From Chrysomallon squamiferum (Eukaryota > Animalia > Mollusca), in NCBI GenBank assembly GCA_012295275.1, contig CM022678.1:5022001-5086000 (forward strand): a stretch of 64,000 nucleotides of DNA, written 5' to 3'. The notes below the pieces were generated by a model that saw nothing but the letters and a program-made list of their open reading frames with translations, was not told the DNA's origin and ran no database searches. How positions within the stretch are numbered: the stretch's first letter is position 1; the number at the start of each line of letters is the position of its first letter. Shown here in pieces: positions 1 through 14,455 of this stretch. Position numbers and translations under genes: made by a program.

Positions 1-220
1 ACATAACAAAATGGATGCAATTTGATGGAGGGAAAAACATCATCAAACAAATCGAAGCCTGGGCCTATAAATGATGTAATACAATTTTTTTTTTTTTTTT
101 ATATTTCGAAGTTATTATATAATAATTTTGTGGAATCTGTCGCCGTTAATGACAAATTTGAACAGTAAAACAATACTATATACAAACGAACTGAATGCCG
201 TATTTTAGGAATAGCTGGTG
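1..220 (-). other. Intron-homologous segment of a further paralog whose main exon probably lies just left of the window
   Basis: Matches A1 intron sequence at ~4915-5080 (gggcctataaatgatgtaatac...ttttgtggaatctgtcg...gaatgccgta) in the same orientation. Confidence 0.6.
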
Positions 221-324
221 CACTTTTATTTTTATTTATTTATTTAATTATTATTATTATTATCATTGTTTTTGTAATTATTATTATTATTGTTATTGTT
301 ATTGTTATTATTATTATAATGATT

Positions 325-384
<60 letters not shown>

Positions 385-2536
385 TTAGCGTTTCATCATC
401 TATTTACATATACTTTTATAAATTATAAAATTTAGTACCTATTATCTTTTAATGGTTAGATATCTTCTTGAAAATGACAAAATATAAAACGTCTGTAACA
501 TACATATCCTCTCACTAAAAGCCATTAATTTAGTTATAATGATTACATATCGATATAAAGTCCTAATCACATACCAACCTAACAGATAAATTACTACAAA
601 ATGATATCGTAAGTGCATACGATCTGGAATCCTATCTGTCGCTCTCATACGACACAGACAACTGGTTTGAAAGCGTTCACCGACACCAAAGATGGAAAAG
701 AAAAACACGGTTGTCTTATTGAAAACAAATCTACCGTCGAAGTTTACAAAATAAAAGTAATTGTCTGAAACTTGTAGGTGAGAGCAAATAATGTAAGGAT
801 TAAATTAGGATTAAACTATGTTCATAGAAATAATGATGGAGTTGACAATAAAATCGTCAGGCTCACGGGACTGGATAAAGGATGTATTTTCATTGTAGTG
901 TATACAACTAATGCTCTGAGAAAGGAGCAGGAGGAATCTTAAAGTTCATCGACATTTTTCAAGAAGACCGCTGACAAGTAATGATCCCGTGAACCGCTAC
1001 GTTGTAACGATCTCGTTTTGACATTACAGCCATGTGTGGAGTTAATTTTGTTGTACGTGACATATGCTGATAAAATATTTTAAGAACATTTTTAAAAATT
1101 ACTCGTTGGTGTGTGCAAACCATATGACATTTCCAATGCACAGTGTTATAGAAGAGAAACAAATCGCAAATTTTTGTGCTATTGGACTAAATGCCAAGAG
1201 TCCCAAATTGAACCAGATTATCTCTCAGCGGTATCTTTGAAAATGTTTCCATTATGTTGACTTCTCTGCTATGTAAATTCAGCACATTTTAGAAACATTT
1301 ATCACAATAGAGACATGTCTATCCTTTTGATTCAACGATGATCAATGTTCTAGTATTCTAGTTTTTAATTATTAGTAATTCGCGTTCCGCATTGACATTG
1401 TCAGTAACGTAATTAAGACACGGAAAGTGTGGCTCGTGCTCTGGACTGATTTTAAAAGACAACAACAAGAAACAACAAGAAACAAAAAACAAAACAAACA
1501 ACAAACAACAACAAAGACAAAAAAAGGAAAAACCCCACGTAATAAATAGAAAAACACCTATAATACAGACAGTTACATGTACCTTAGTGTTTATACATGT
1601 ATATCACGTTCTTAATGCATTACAAAGTTTTGAATTTTGATGCTGTTATTCGATAAAGTAATTAATTCCAAAAGGGTGACAACTCTTGGTATTATGTCTG
1701 TTGTAGACCAGTAACAGAGTGTGACACAGCCATGTTGTTTTGAGAATAAATAAACAAATGAGTAAATAAATAAATAAATAAAGTTATATATATATTATGA
1801 ACATGCACACCTGCCTCTGTACTCCTTACATGAGTGCATGTATGTATTTATTATAGTCCATTAACCAGACCGAAACTGGGTACCTAAGTGGGAAAACCAA
1901 ACTGGGTTGCAAAGTCATGTCTTAAGTATCTGAAATCACTTCATGGGCTTTTCACATTCATTGCGTTGTACTTTCCGAGTCGTTATAGTATTCGACAATG
2001 CTGTGTTTGTGGGTGCATGCGTGTGTGTGTGTGTGCGTATGTGTGTGTGTATGTGTGTATGTGTGTGTGATATATTTATTTATTTATTTACTGAAGGATT
2101 TAGAAAAATCAAGAAAATAACATGTAATAAAGTAATTTTTCTATTGTCTTTATGAAATCGTCAACGCATTTTCCATCACTGTAAACTAAAGGCCAATTTT
2201 CTTTCTCAATCAATTTGAGGAATCAATGAAAATACTTATGTTAAGTCCTTCTGGCATTTTAGAACATTTATTTTACTTTTTAAGTAGGAGCGTATCGTTC
2301 AAATTTTTCATAGCTTCTACTCGGTGATTTTCAAAAGCTGGAATGTTAACATGTGTACTACTACTATTATTACTACTACTACTACTACTACTACTAATAT
2401 AACAATAATAATAAAGATGAAGAAGAAGATGATGAAAAACAAGAACAACAATAAAAACAAAGACTTTAGTTTGCTTTATTGCTGTACGTATATATATATA
2501 TATATTTAAGTGAGTGAGTGTTTCTGTATGTGTGTG

Positions 2537-5500
2537 TTAATAGTTGACAAACCATTTGATGGCATGTTTAACAGAAAAGTGACCGTCGTTTCTGTTTACT
2601 CCTATACCTCTCTGAGAGACGTCGACATCACCTTGTGTAGTGACGATCATGTATTTCCAGTAGGCATCTTTCTTTATTTTGAATTCCTTTGATCCCACTT
2701 CTTCAGTACTGACACTCTGAAGTAACTCGGCAGAAACCTCTCCAGAAGGACCTAACTCCAGGTTACTTGTCTTAAAGAGCGTCCAACCCTGTGTCATACA
2801 TTCATCTGATCCGCCGTGTCCTCCACCTTGATCGCCATTTCCTTCATCTGGTTTTCCGTTACCTTCACCTGGTTTGCCGTTACCTTCATCTGGTTTTCCA
2901 CTACCTTCATCTGGTTTTCCATTACCTTCATCTGGTTTTCCATTACCTTCATCTGGTTTGCCAGTTCCTTCATCTGGTTTGCCGTTTCCTTCATCTGGTT
3001 TGCCAGTTCCTTCATCTGGTTTGCCGTTACCTTCATCTGGTTTGCCAGTTCCTTCATCTGGTTTGCCGTTTCCTTCATCTGGTTTGCCAGTTCCTTCATC
3101 TGGTTTGCCGTTACCTTCATCTGGTTTGCCAGTTCCTTCATCTGGTTTGCCGTTTCCTTCATCTGGTTTGCCATTTCCTTCATCTGGTTTGCCGTTACCT
3201 TCATCTGGTTTTCCATTACCTTCATCTGGTTTTCCATTACCTTCATCTGGTTTGCCAGTTCCTTCATCTGGTTTGCCGTTACCTTCATCTGGTTTTCCAG
3301 TTCCTTCATCTGGTTTGCCGTTACCTTCATCTGGTTTTCCATTACCTTCATCTGGTTTGCCGTTACCTTCGTCTGGTTTGCCAGTTCCTTCACCTGGTTT
3401 GCCGTTACCTTCATCTGGTTTGCCAGTTCCTTCATCTGGTTTTCCATTACCTTCATCTGGTTTTCCATTACCTTCATCTGGTTTGCCGTTACCTTCATCT
3501 GGTTTGCCGTTACCTTCATCTGGTTTTCCGTTACCTTCATCTGGTTTGCCAGTTCCTTCATCTGGTTTGCCGTTACCTTCACCTGGTTTTCCTTGTCCTC
3601 CATCTGGTTTTGCGTTTCCTCCACATGGTCTGTCGTGCCTGTCCCACAGACATCCACCTTGTCCAGCATTTTCCCAGCAGACAACTTCTCTTTTCTTCGG
3701 TGTGTTTGAAGCTGGTTTGCTGTCATCAATCTGAACAGCCACACGTACCTCTGCACCATTTTCAACAGCGGTTCTCAACTCGGACTTCGATCCAAATACG
3801 ACATCACCGTTTTCGTTTGTTGAAAAAACATTTTTCCATGGTTTTGTATCAACAAACCATTTGATTTTTTTCTTTTCCGTTCCTTCACCAACAGAACTAC
3901 CGCCAAATAACCAGTACTTAAGTGTCGCCACTGATCCCGTGGTATGCGCCATCTGCCAGAACCAAACTCCTCTGTATTTGTCTTCGACTTTTTCAGCATA
4001 GACACGATTCAAAAGCTGAGCAGAAATCTGTCCCGATTTTATCCTCACGTTGTCTGCCTCAGTGGAGAAGTTTCCCATAATTACTTTCACCCGGTGTCCA
4101 CGGATAACGGCGCAAGTCAGGTCCGAAAGAGACCCATCAATTCCATCACCATTTTCATCATTCGTAAACACGTGTTTCCAGCAGGAGTCGGCGAACCATC
4201 TCCCTGACACCTTCATTTTCGATGGACTAATATGCGTGTCACCAGGTTTAAAAGAACTGCGTGTCCCGCTTCCGCTTGTGTAGATGTCCAGGAAGCTCCA
4301 TAATTGATTTTGACTCAACGTTGTGTACCAGAGAAATTGTCCTAGGACCGACACAGCATCGGTAACTTCCACATTTCGACATGGTTGCGTAATCTTATTG
4401 TTCCACGTTTCCATGATGTCGTGTCCAGATACAACTGATGAGATTACCTTATGTACTGAACCTCTACTTACTTTCCCATTGCGAGCGTGTTGTAGTACCA
4501 TCGACACGCACGATGACTTCTTCGCAAACCACTGGATTCCCGCTTTATACACCTTGTGGCTTACTTCCGTGAAGTTGTTCACGTAGTACCTGGTTTCCAG
4601 TATCATTCCATTTCTGTTGAATCTTAAGAGGCGATGGTACGGTTCTTCTTCAAAAGTTTTCCAGCTGGCCTTACTTACGTATGACGTTGACATGAAAAAG
4701 ACACCATGACTGGAAGAAGTCAGGTCAGAGTTAGCAGCGTATCCTTTTTCTCCTAATGATGGAATTATATATCTGATAGGTTCCGCCCGTTTCACAGCAG
4801 TCCAAAGGTGTCTATATTTGCCAGAAACAGCTCTTCCTTTATCGTTGATCTCATAAACCTTACGCCATCGAGCGTTACAGAATTCTGGAATGTGAAAAAT
4901 TCATAAGGTAACATTATAAAATGGACGAACTGGACGCTTGGGCCTATAAATGATGTAATACATTTTTTTTTTTTTATATTTCAACTTTTTGTATTATCAT
5001 TTTGTGGAATCTGTCGTTGCTAATGAGAAAGTTGCACAGTAAAATGATACTATTACAAACTAAGAGAATGCCGTACTTTGCGTGTTGAATATTTTACAAA
5101 CAGCAGCTATGTTCTCCCTATTTTTATTTCTTTACCTTTCCATAGCTAATTCTTGGATCATCAAAGGTACTGTTTACTGGTTTACGAACTAAGTGTATCG
5201 TTCGGTTTTCGATTGATAACAACGTCTTTTATATCAACAGAAAACACAATTAGCTATAGCTGTTTCATATCTAGATATATTACAGGATTTAACTGTTTAT
5301 ATGTAGATATACCCTTGTGTCTTTTTTCTTTCTTTTTTTTATTATTATTTTTTTTTTCTGGATGTGTTTTTTGTTGTTTTCTTATTCCCAGCAGGAGACC
5401 AATCTCTAGTATACTTTTATAGAACTTATAGCTAAACAGTATGGTATATAAAAGTATTGTAAGTATTGAAGTAAGAAAGAAAGAAAAGAAATGATGATAT

Positions 5501-5591
5501 TCTTACCACATTGTTCTGCAGTTCCTGTCGTAGTTGTGAGTAGAACGAGGAGCAGTTTCGCTAAGCATGGCAGATTTGAAACACGCTTCAT
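2537..5591 (-). CDS. Secreted four-domain repeat protein, paralog A1 (intact, ~810 aa). Coding exons 5591-5507 and 4884-2537; contains a 37x heptapeptide insert.
   Basis: ATG at 5591 gives MKRVSNLPCLAKLLLVLLTTTTGTAEQC, a signal-peptide-like sequence. A phase-1 donor (TGT G|GTAAGA) follows at 5507/5506. The acceptor ttttcacattccag| at 4884 restores frame (E-FCNARWRKVYE...) into the 752-aa ORF ending KWFVNY*. The same structure occurs in paralogs at 23096 and 32576. Confidence 0.9.
2834..3610 (-). repeat. Coding minisatellite: 37 x 21 bp encoding KP(D/G)EG(N/T/S)G
   Basis: 777 bp equals 37 units of the + strand consensus (g/t)cc(g/a)(t/g)t(a/t)ccttcatctggttt. It is in frame within A1 and explains the spurious overlapping ORFs at 2791-3864. 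Confidence 0.97.
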
Positions 5592-5616
5592 AATGAACTT
5601 AGTCTGAAATAGATTG

Positions 5617-5657
<41 letters not shown>

Positions 5658-6083
5658 TACAAGAATGGGGAAAATACAAGCACGAATTCAAATATAATAT
5701 AAGTTAATATAATATAATATATATATATAAATGTAATACGATTGCATGGCTACAATACTGTCGTATGTTATATATGTTTGTATTTGTTTATCCATTATTG
5801 CTGATAGTAATAATGTATATTTTGTTTTATTGATAAATGATATTAATAATAATGGTTATAGTCAATACAGCCTTTTCCCGCTGGACTAATTTATAAAGCT
5901 TCATTTGCTATTTCAAATCACGGAGTTTTATGTATTAACGAATAATATGACTATAATTTAAATCAACATTCACATTAAACTGAAACACATAAAAGTAACC
6001 ACGGACAAACATATCTAAAGATCTATAAAAGTATATATAGATGTGTGTGTATATATATATATATATTTATGAAGATATATATG

Positions 6084-6115
<32 letters not shown>

Positions 6116-6414
6116 TGTATGTATGTATTTTATCGATATTTAAAAAGGCCCTCAGTGATATGATTAGTTTAATAACTAAAATTGCTAACTGCATATTCGA
6201 ATAACAATAAAGTAATTAAGTAAAATAAATATAATGTTATAAAAAATGTTCTTAATCTGTCTTCCAATTTCTCTGTCTATAATGAGAGGAGAATCATTAT
6301 AAAATAAAATAAAAAATAATAAAATTAAAATATTATGTAATTTAAGAAGTAATCAAAACAAACTTTCCAGTAAATAATTTCATTTCTGAACACTGTTGAT
6401 GATATATGAATTGG

Positions 6415-6570
6415 ACTTACCCGTAACTAGCTCACTATCTCTGCGATTCTCTTCAAATGTGACAAATTCACTGACTCTGAAGTTTTTACAAATATTCAAA
6501 TCATCTGATAATTTGTTTTCGTGTTAAATCACAGCTTGTAATCGCAACAGGTGGGCTTCAGTCGAATGAT
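6415..6570 (-). promoter_or_regulatory. Putative promoter plus short non-coding first exon of A1 (exon ~6462-6421, donor GTAAGT at 6420-6415)
   Basis: This ~150-bp block is conserved upstream of each family member (also 21665-21826, 31090-31250, 18625-18790, 9040-9195) and ends in a G|GTAAGT donor. An acceptor (ctatttcag) lies 12 nt before the ATG. Confidence 0.6.
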
Positions 6571-7112
6571 TTTATGTTGAAAACAATTATTTCTCTTTAA
6601 GAAAAAGTTACTTTATTATACTTTTTTTTATGTTTCTAATTTATTATGAACTTTTCCTTGTAATAAAGTTTGTAGTTTAGAAAAAATGCCTTTTCTGTGT
6701 TGCATAAGTCGTGTTCAAATTTATTTTATGACGATAAGATTGTTTCGTAAACCTGATGTTTCGTTATTACTGTATTCATTCGCAAAATTATATGCACGTT
6801 TTTCACACTTACTTACACAAAATATGGTTGCTATATTCACAGCGTACGAAACAGAATGTTTTTCTTTTTGTTTTTTTTTTTTTTTTTTTTTTTTTTTGAC
6901 GCAGTGTTAATAAAATATTTTGTTTGCTTCTCTGTCTGTTTATTTTGTTTGTTTGTTTATTTATTTATTTATTTATTTATATTTATTTAAACAATGTACC
7001 GATCTGATTCAGATATTCCCGGTGTCTGCACACTCCGCGTTTGAAACCATTCTAATTAAAAAATCGCACTTTCTAGACACACAAATACACAATATATATA
7101 TATATAAACAAG

Positions 7113-7159
<47 letters not shown>

Positions 7160-9039
7160 ACACACAAATATAGATAAATCGACTCCTGCATCTAATACCC
7201 CATAAATAGGAATGCGCTTGTAAAGCATTGTAACAATAAAGGAAGAATGACAAAATCTGTTCTCTATTCACAAAGTAAGATATCAAGAAGAACAAACGAT
7301 ATCAAATGATATAAGACGAACGAAGATGGATGCCCTGGACAATGGAATATTGATTATTTGCAAACCAAAGCGATTAGCGTATGTTAGTTGCGACAGATTT
7401 TTGTTCAATTATCTTTTTAATTTTATAATTTTATTTATGAATGATTCTAGTCACGTTTGAACGTAAATTCAACATTCGGAATGACGCGGAAGGGAGAACA
7501 CCTGATTAAATATTGATGGAGTAACAAATTTAAAATGGAACAGTAAACTTGCTTTTCATACATCGAACTACAGCGGAAGAGAAAAATAAAATCAAATAAA
7601 GTAAAATGAAATGAAATAAAACCAAACCTAACCAATTAAATGGAATGAATGAACGGATAAATGAATAGACGAATAAATAAATAAACAAAATAAATAAATA
7701 AATAAATAAATAAAGTTCCATATTTTGCGTCATATATATCTGGTTTCTTATTCAGTGTGAAAGAAAAATGAACGAGAGTGAAGACAAACTGAAAAATTGA
7801 CATTGTGGCTATAGCCTGTATAAACAACATCTTAAAAAATATAATAATAACCATAAGAATAATAAAATGTATATGTATATATAAACACACACACCGCATA
7901 CCTCTCTATGCATCTACTTCTCTCTATATATGTGAGTGCATGTATGTATATCTATGTATATATGTATGTACGTGTGTGTTTATATATGTATTAGACTCCA
8001 TAAGCCAGACAGAAATTGGGTATCTGAAATCTGTTGATGGACGTTTCACATTCGTTGATTGTACTCGTCTAGTTATAATATTCGACTATGCTGCCTCTGT
8101 GTGTGCGTGTGTCTGCGTGTGTCCGTGTGTATGTGTGATTATTTATTTGTTTATTTATTAAAGGATTTAGAAAAATCAAGAAAATTAACAAGCAAGAACA
8201 TAATTTTTCGTCTGTCTTTATGAAATCATCCACACGTTTTCCATTACTTTAATCTGAAGGCCAATTTCAAATGATATAAAATGAACAAAGATGGATGGAG
8301 TGGATAATGGAGTATTGACTAAATCACAGCGATGGCCGTATGCTAATTCCGACAGATGTTTGTTTAATTATCCTTTTAATTTAAAATTTTATTTGTGAGT
8401 GATTTTGTTCACGTTTGAATGCAAGTTAAACAACTGGAACGACGTAGATGGGAGAACACATGATTAAATGTTGTGCAATCTGTTTCATCATTATTACTCT
8501 AATTATGTTTTTTCACTATTTGTTTGAAAATAATATAATAATAATAATAATGATAATAATAATAATAGTACTGATAATAATAATTATTATTATACTAATA
8601 GCAATAATAACAATAATCATAATAATAATAATAATGATAATAATAATAATAATGATAATAATAATAATAGTTCAAACGTTAACGCTATCCATCCAAATGC
8701 TTTGCTGATTTGCATATATTTGGTTGGAGTATGTATCAGGGGAAATAACTCCGTTGATTCTTCAATACAATCAAAGGCTGTGGGTTGAAAGAGATACACT
8801 TCTTCTTCTTTTTCTTCTTTTCTTCTTCTTCTTCTTGTTATTATTAATATATATATCTATATCTAGATATAGATATAGATATAGATAGATAGATAGATAG
8901 GTAGATAGATAGATAGATACAGATGTAGATGCATGATTCTGTAACAAATAGAACGTGTAACATTATTTTCATCTTTTATTAGTAGGAAAGACTGATAATC
9001 AAATGAAACATATATTTATAAAGCGAAATAAATTATTCA

Positions 9040-9195
9040 AAGTTACTGAAACCCAAATCTTGCGACAACAAGCTGTGATTTAAAAGAGAAACATATCGAG
9101 ACATATTATGTATATTTGTAGAAATGTAATACGATATCTGAATTTTGACTTTTGAAGAGGATCGCAGAGATACCGAGCAGCTTAAAGGTAAATTT
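9040..9195 (+). promoter_or_regulatory. Orphan copy of the family promoter/first-exon block
   Basis: ctgaaacccaaatcttgcgacaacaagctgtgattt...gaagaggatcgcagagataccgagcagcttaaag|gtaaat is homologous to the reverse complement of 18625-18790. No coding exons follow on the + strand. Confidence 0.5.
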
Positions 9196-10049
9196 ATGTC
9201 ATTTGTAAACATGAAGGAACAGTATTCCTTTTCAAATAGAAGATAATAGACTGATTTGATTATTTTAGCATTTTCATGATGTACACGCCATTCTATCGTG
9301 AATTCTAAAAGTGACTTAGTTTGTATTGAGATCCCACTGAACTCAGTGGACATCATTTAACTTGAGATTATGTCATACTGTGACAGATGTGACACACGTT
9401 ACAATTTGCTAATATATAAAGTATGTAATGAAATAAGAAGTTATGTTAACTGTATTCCTTTTATTGATAGCGTGTGCATCTCTGTTGTCAAATTTAACCT
9501 TGGATAACACCGGTATGTGTCCGACAAAACTAATACGAGTTCATATCATTCTTGTCTAATGGCCACCTGATGAAAGCTTGAATCGTAATGTTCAGTGACA
9601 TTAGCATTTTGCAAGAGAAAGAAATGGAACTTAAAATTTTATAAATTTGTAAACATAATGCTAAGTATAAGTATTAACGGTATTTTAATGTTTATATTAT
9701 TTTACGTATATATTTGTATGGTGTGAGGAGCGAAACCTACTAGTTTGTTCGGTACAGGTGCTCATGTATTATAGTAAATATAAGTGTTGAAATAGCTCAA
9801 ACGTTAATGCTATCCATCCAAATGCTTTGCTGATTTACATATATTTGCTTCGATTGTGTAATAAAGGAAATAACTATTTCTTTTTCAATACAATCAAAGT
9901 CTCTTTGCATTATGAATAGAGATAAACATTGCTGGGGAGATCTTGATATATATATATATATATATACATAATACATACATACATACATACATACGTACAT
10001 ACATACACACATACATACATACGTACATACATGCATACATATACAGGCA

Positions 10050-13000
10050 GTAGTGTATACAACTAATGCTCTGAAAGACGAGCAGGAGGAATCTTAAAGT
10101 TCATCGACATTTTTCAAGAGGACCGCTGACAAGTAATGATCCCGTGAACCGGTACGTAGTAACGATCTCGTTTTGACATTACAGCCATTTCTGAAGTTAA
10201 TTTCGTTGAACGTGACATATGGTGGTAAAATATTTGAAGAACATTTTTAAAAATTATTTCTTGGTGTGTGCAAACCATATGACATTTTCTATGCACCGTG
10301 TTATATTGGAAAAACAAATCGCAAATGTTTTGTGCTTTTGGACTAAGTGCCAAGTGTTTCCATTATGTTGACGTCTCTGCTATGTAAATGAAGCACATTT
10401 TAGAAACATTTATCACAATACAGACTTGTCTATCCTTTTGATTCAACGATGATCAATGTTCTAGTATTCTAATTTTTAATTATTAGTAATACGCGTTCCG
10501 TATTGACATTGTCAGTAACGTAATTAACATACGAAAAGTTAGGCACGTACTCTGAACTGATTTTAAAAGACAACAGCTAGTAACAGAAAACAAAACAAAA
10601 CTAATCACAACAAAGAAAACAAAAAAAAGGAACAACAAAAGCCCCACGTAATAAATAGAAAAAACAACTATAATACCTACAGTTACATGTACGAATAGAT
10701 ATCACTAAAGACAAACGTCGTATTTATTTTAATATTTTACTTTATCTTGGCAAAAGATAGAAAAATGCTTGTAGAAATGACGTCGCAAAAGTCGAACCTT
10801 CGTGTTTTTACATGTATATCCCGTTCTTAATGCATTACAAAGTTTTGAATTTTGATGCTGTTATTCGATAAAGTAATTAATTCCAAAAGTGTGACAACTC
10901 TTGGTATTATGTCTGTTGCATGGTTTCCCAGACCAGTAACAGAGTGCGTCACAGCCATGTTGTTTTGAGAAAAAAAAAAAAAAAAAATAAATAAATAAAT
11001 AAATAAATAAATAAAGTTATATATATTATGAACATGCACACCTGCCTCTGTCTCCCTACATGAGTGCATGTATGTATTTATTATAGTCCATTAACCAGAC
11101 CGAAACTGGGTACCAAAGTGGAAAAACCAAACTGGGTTGCAAAGTCATATCTTAAGTATCTGAAATCACTTCATTAGCTTTTCATATTCATTGCGTTGTA
11201 CTTTCCGGATCGTTATAGTATTCGACAATCCTGAGTTTGTATGTGCATGTGTGTGTGCGCGTGTGTGTGTCTGTGTCTGTCTGTGTGTGTGGTGTATTTA
11301 TTTTTGATTTACTGAAGGATTTAGAAAAATCAAGAAAATTAGCATGTAAAAAAGTAATTTTTCGACTGTCTTTATGAAATCGTCCACACATTTTCCATCA
11401 CTGTAAACTAAAGGCCAATTTTGTTTGTCAATCAATTTGAGGAATCAATGAAAATACTTATGTTAAGTCCTTCTGGCATTTTAGAACATTTATTTTACTT
11501 TTTAAGTAGGAGCGTATCGTCCAAATGTTTCATAGCTTCTACTCGGTGATTTTCAAAAGCTGGAATCCGTAACATGTGTATTACTACTACTATTACTACT
11601 ACTACCACTATTATTACTACTACTACTACTACTTCTAATAATAATAATATAATAATAAAGAAGATGATGGAAAACAACAACAACAAAGACTTTAGTTTGC
11701 TTGATTGCTGTACGGATATATATATATATTTACTTAAGTGAGTGAGTCTTTTGTGTGTTTGTGTGTGTTAATAATTGACAAACCATTTGATGGCATATTT
11801 AACAGAAAAGTGACCGTCGTTTCTGTTTACTCCTATACCCCTCTGAGAGACGTCGACATCACCTTGTGTAGTGACGATCATGTATTTCCAGGAGGCATCT
11901 TTCTTTATTTTGAATTCATGTGATCCCACTTCTTCAGTACTGACGCTTTGAAGTAACTCGGCAGAAACTTCTCCAGAAGGACCTAATTCCAGGTTACTTG
12001 TCTTAAAGACCGTCCAGTCCTGTGTCATACATTCATCTAATCCGCCGTGTGCTCCACCTTGTCCGCCGTTTCCTTCATCTGGTTTTCCGTTTCCTCCGTC
12101 TGGTTTTTCTTGTCCTCCATCTGATTCTCCGTTTCCTCCATCTGGTTTTCCTTGTCCTCCATCTGGTTTTCCTTGTCCTCCATCTGGTTTTCCTTGTCCT
12201 GCACATGGTCTGCTGTGCCTGTCCCACAGACACCCACCTTGTCCGTCATTTCCCCAGCAGACAATTTCTCTTTTCCTCGGAGTGTTTGAAGCTGGTTTGC
12301 TGTCATCAATCTTAAGAGCGACACGTACCTCTGCACCATTTTCAACAGCGGTTCTCAACTCGGCTTTCGATCCAAATACCACATCGCCGTTTTTGTCTGT
12401 TGTTAAAACAGTTTTCCATGGTTTTGTATCAACAAACCATTTGATTTTTTTCTTTTCCGTTCCTTCACCAACAGAACTACCGCCAAACAACCAGTGTTTA
12501 AGTGTCGCCACTGATCCCGTAGTATGCGCCATCTGCCAGAACCAAACTCCTTTGTATTTGCCTTCGACTTTTTCAGTATAGACACGATTCAAAAGCTGAG
12601 CAGAAATCTGTCCCGATTTTGTCCTCAAGTTGTCTGCCTCAATGGAGAAATTTCCCATAACCACTTTTACCCTGTTTCCATGGATGACGCCACAATTCAG
12701 TTCAGAAAGAGACCCATCTACTCCATCACCATTTTCATCATTCGTAAACACGTGTCTCCAGCAGGAGTCAGCCAACCATCTCACTGTCATCTTCGTTTTG
12801 AATGGACGAATATTCGTGTCACCGGGTTTAAAAGTATTCCTGTCCCCGCTTCCGGTTGTGTGGACGTCCATGTAGCTCCATAATGGACTTCTCGTCAGCG
12901 TTACGTACCAGAGAACTTGTCCGACGACCGACCCATCTTCGGCAACTTCCAGATTCTGACACTGTTGCGTCGTCAGACTGTTCCACATTTCCCTCATGTC

Positions 13001-13175
13001 GTATCCAGATACAACTGATGAGATTAAGTTATCTATTTTTCCTCTGGTTGCTCTCCCGCTGCGACCGTTTTGAAACACGAATGACACGCAGGATTTCTTC
13101 TTCGCAAAAAACTGAACTGCCGTTACATACCGCTTGTCGCTTACTTCCGTGAAGTTGTTCACGTTGTACCTTGTT
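10050..13175. repeat. Segmental duplication of ~896-4590 (3' part of the gene plus its 3' flank)
   Basis: Collinear similarity runs from gtagtgtatacaactaatgctctga through the coding region. It differs in repeat number and by a ~100-bp insertion near 10693-10795. Confidence 0.9.
11768..13175 (-). pseudogene. Paralog A2: open 464-codon frame but 5'-truncated (lacks the signal exon and most of domain 1); 6 heptapeptide repeats at 12065-12190
   Basis: The frame is highly similar to A1 from NNFTEVS to KWFVNY*. Homology stops at ~13175, the ORF start is a GTG, and no MKRVSNL exon or good acceptor is seen upstream. Confidence 0.75.
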
Positions 13176-14396
13176 TTTCATTGTGTCTCTTTTTAATGGC
13201 GACGTTTAAATGGAAGTAACGTTTTTCAGTAGAAAAATGTGAGACAGATGCTGATAACTGTTTTTAATATAAGATGCTGATCACGTATTCTGATAAAGTT
13301 AAATTCAAATCAAATATGATGCTACGAAAACGGAAGAAATTACATTTACGTGAAAGGAAGTAATGTAAGGATTAAATAGGATTAAATTCTGTTTAAAGAA
13401 ATGACGACATAGATTGCTTTTTTTTTACATCACCCTCCGCTCTGGATGTTTATAAGAATATTTTCAAGGACTACTAACATTTGATTCTTGAAAGTGATGA
13501 CACATGATAACAATTTCTGTATTCCTATGTTCTTATTCTCTAACTAAAACAAAAAAAAAATAAATAAAAAAATAAAATCTTTTGTAAACTATTAATTTAC
13601 TTAGGATGATTACACACCTTACCTAACAAATAAATTAATAGTAAGTGATATCGTAAGGGCTTAAGATTTCGACTCATTTGTCTCTCTCTCTCCCCCTCGT
13701 AGAGAGCTGGTTTGAAACTCTTTACCAACCTCGGGAACATATTTTATGTATTTCTTCTTTTTTTCTTCTTAAAAGAAAAACGTACGAGAGTAAAAACAAC
13801 AATGATAAGAAACAAACAAAGAAACAAATGAATAAATTGATAAATAAATAAATAACCTTTAAAAAACAAAACAATGTAAAAACGGCAACCAAAGAAAAAA
13901 AAAAAAAGAATAAAAGAAAGAAAAATCAGTTCCTGAATTACATCATTCATATTATGTGTATAACAATGCAGGCAGCTATACATCCTGTCCCATATATGAA
14001 TACATACATAAATGAATAAGAAATAAAAGCAGAAATTGTATGCATAGGGTCAAATTACAATTCGAAGAGGTACTACAATACTGAAGCAGAAAAAAACCCA
14101 ACAAAATAAAACCAACAAAACAAATCAAAAGCCGTATGTATTGTTTCCCATCACCAGCTTTCTTCGATGTTTTTCAGCAAAAAACAACAGCAGGTTAAAA
14201 GTAAAGAGAATGATAATGAAAAATATCTAATTATCAAAAAACATATACATAAATGAGAATTCATTCATTCATTCATTAATTTGTTTGTTTGTTGATTTAT
14301 TCATTTATTTGTATACTTATGTATTTATTTATTTTTTATTTAATAAAATAAAAATGAAATAATAATAATAATAATAATAAGTAGTAGTTATGATAA

Positions 14397-14455
<59 letters not shown>

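Noticed and set aside
959-1162. Similar short ORFs at 959-1162 and 10114-10353
   Set aside because: They are part of the duplicated 3' flank of A1/A2, with non-ATG starts and no domain features or splice evidence.
2834-3610. Possible CRISPR array
   Set aside because: The 21-bp units are contiguous with no unique spacers, are in-frame coding, lie in a eukaryotic context, and have no cas genes nearby.
2791-3864. Long overlapping ORFs in four other frames (e.g. LHLVCRY, MKVTANQ and PSSGLP repeats)
   Set aside because: They are by-products of a stop-free 21-bp repeat. Only the KPDEGNG frame is continuous with flanking domains conserved in paralogs.
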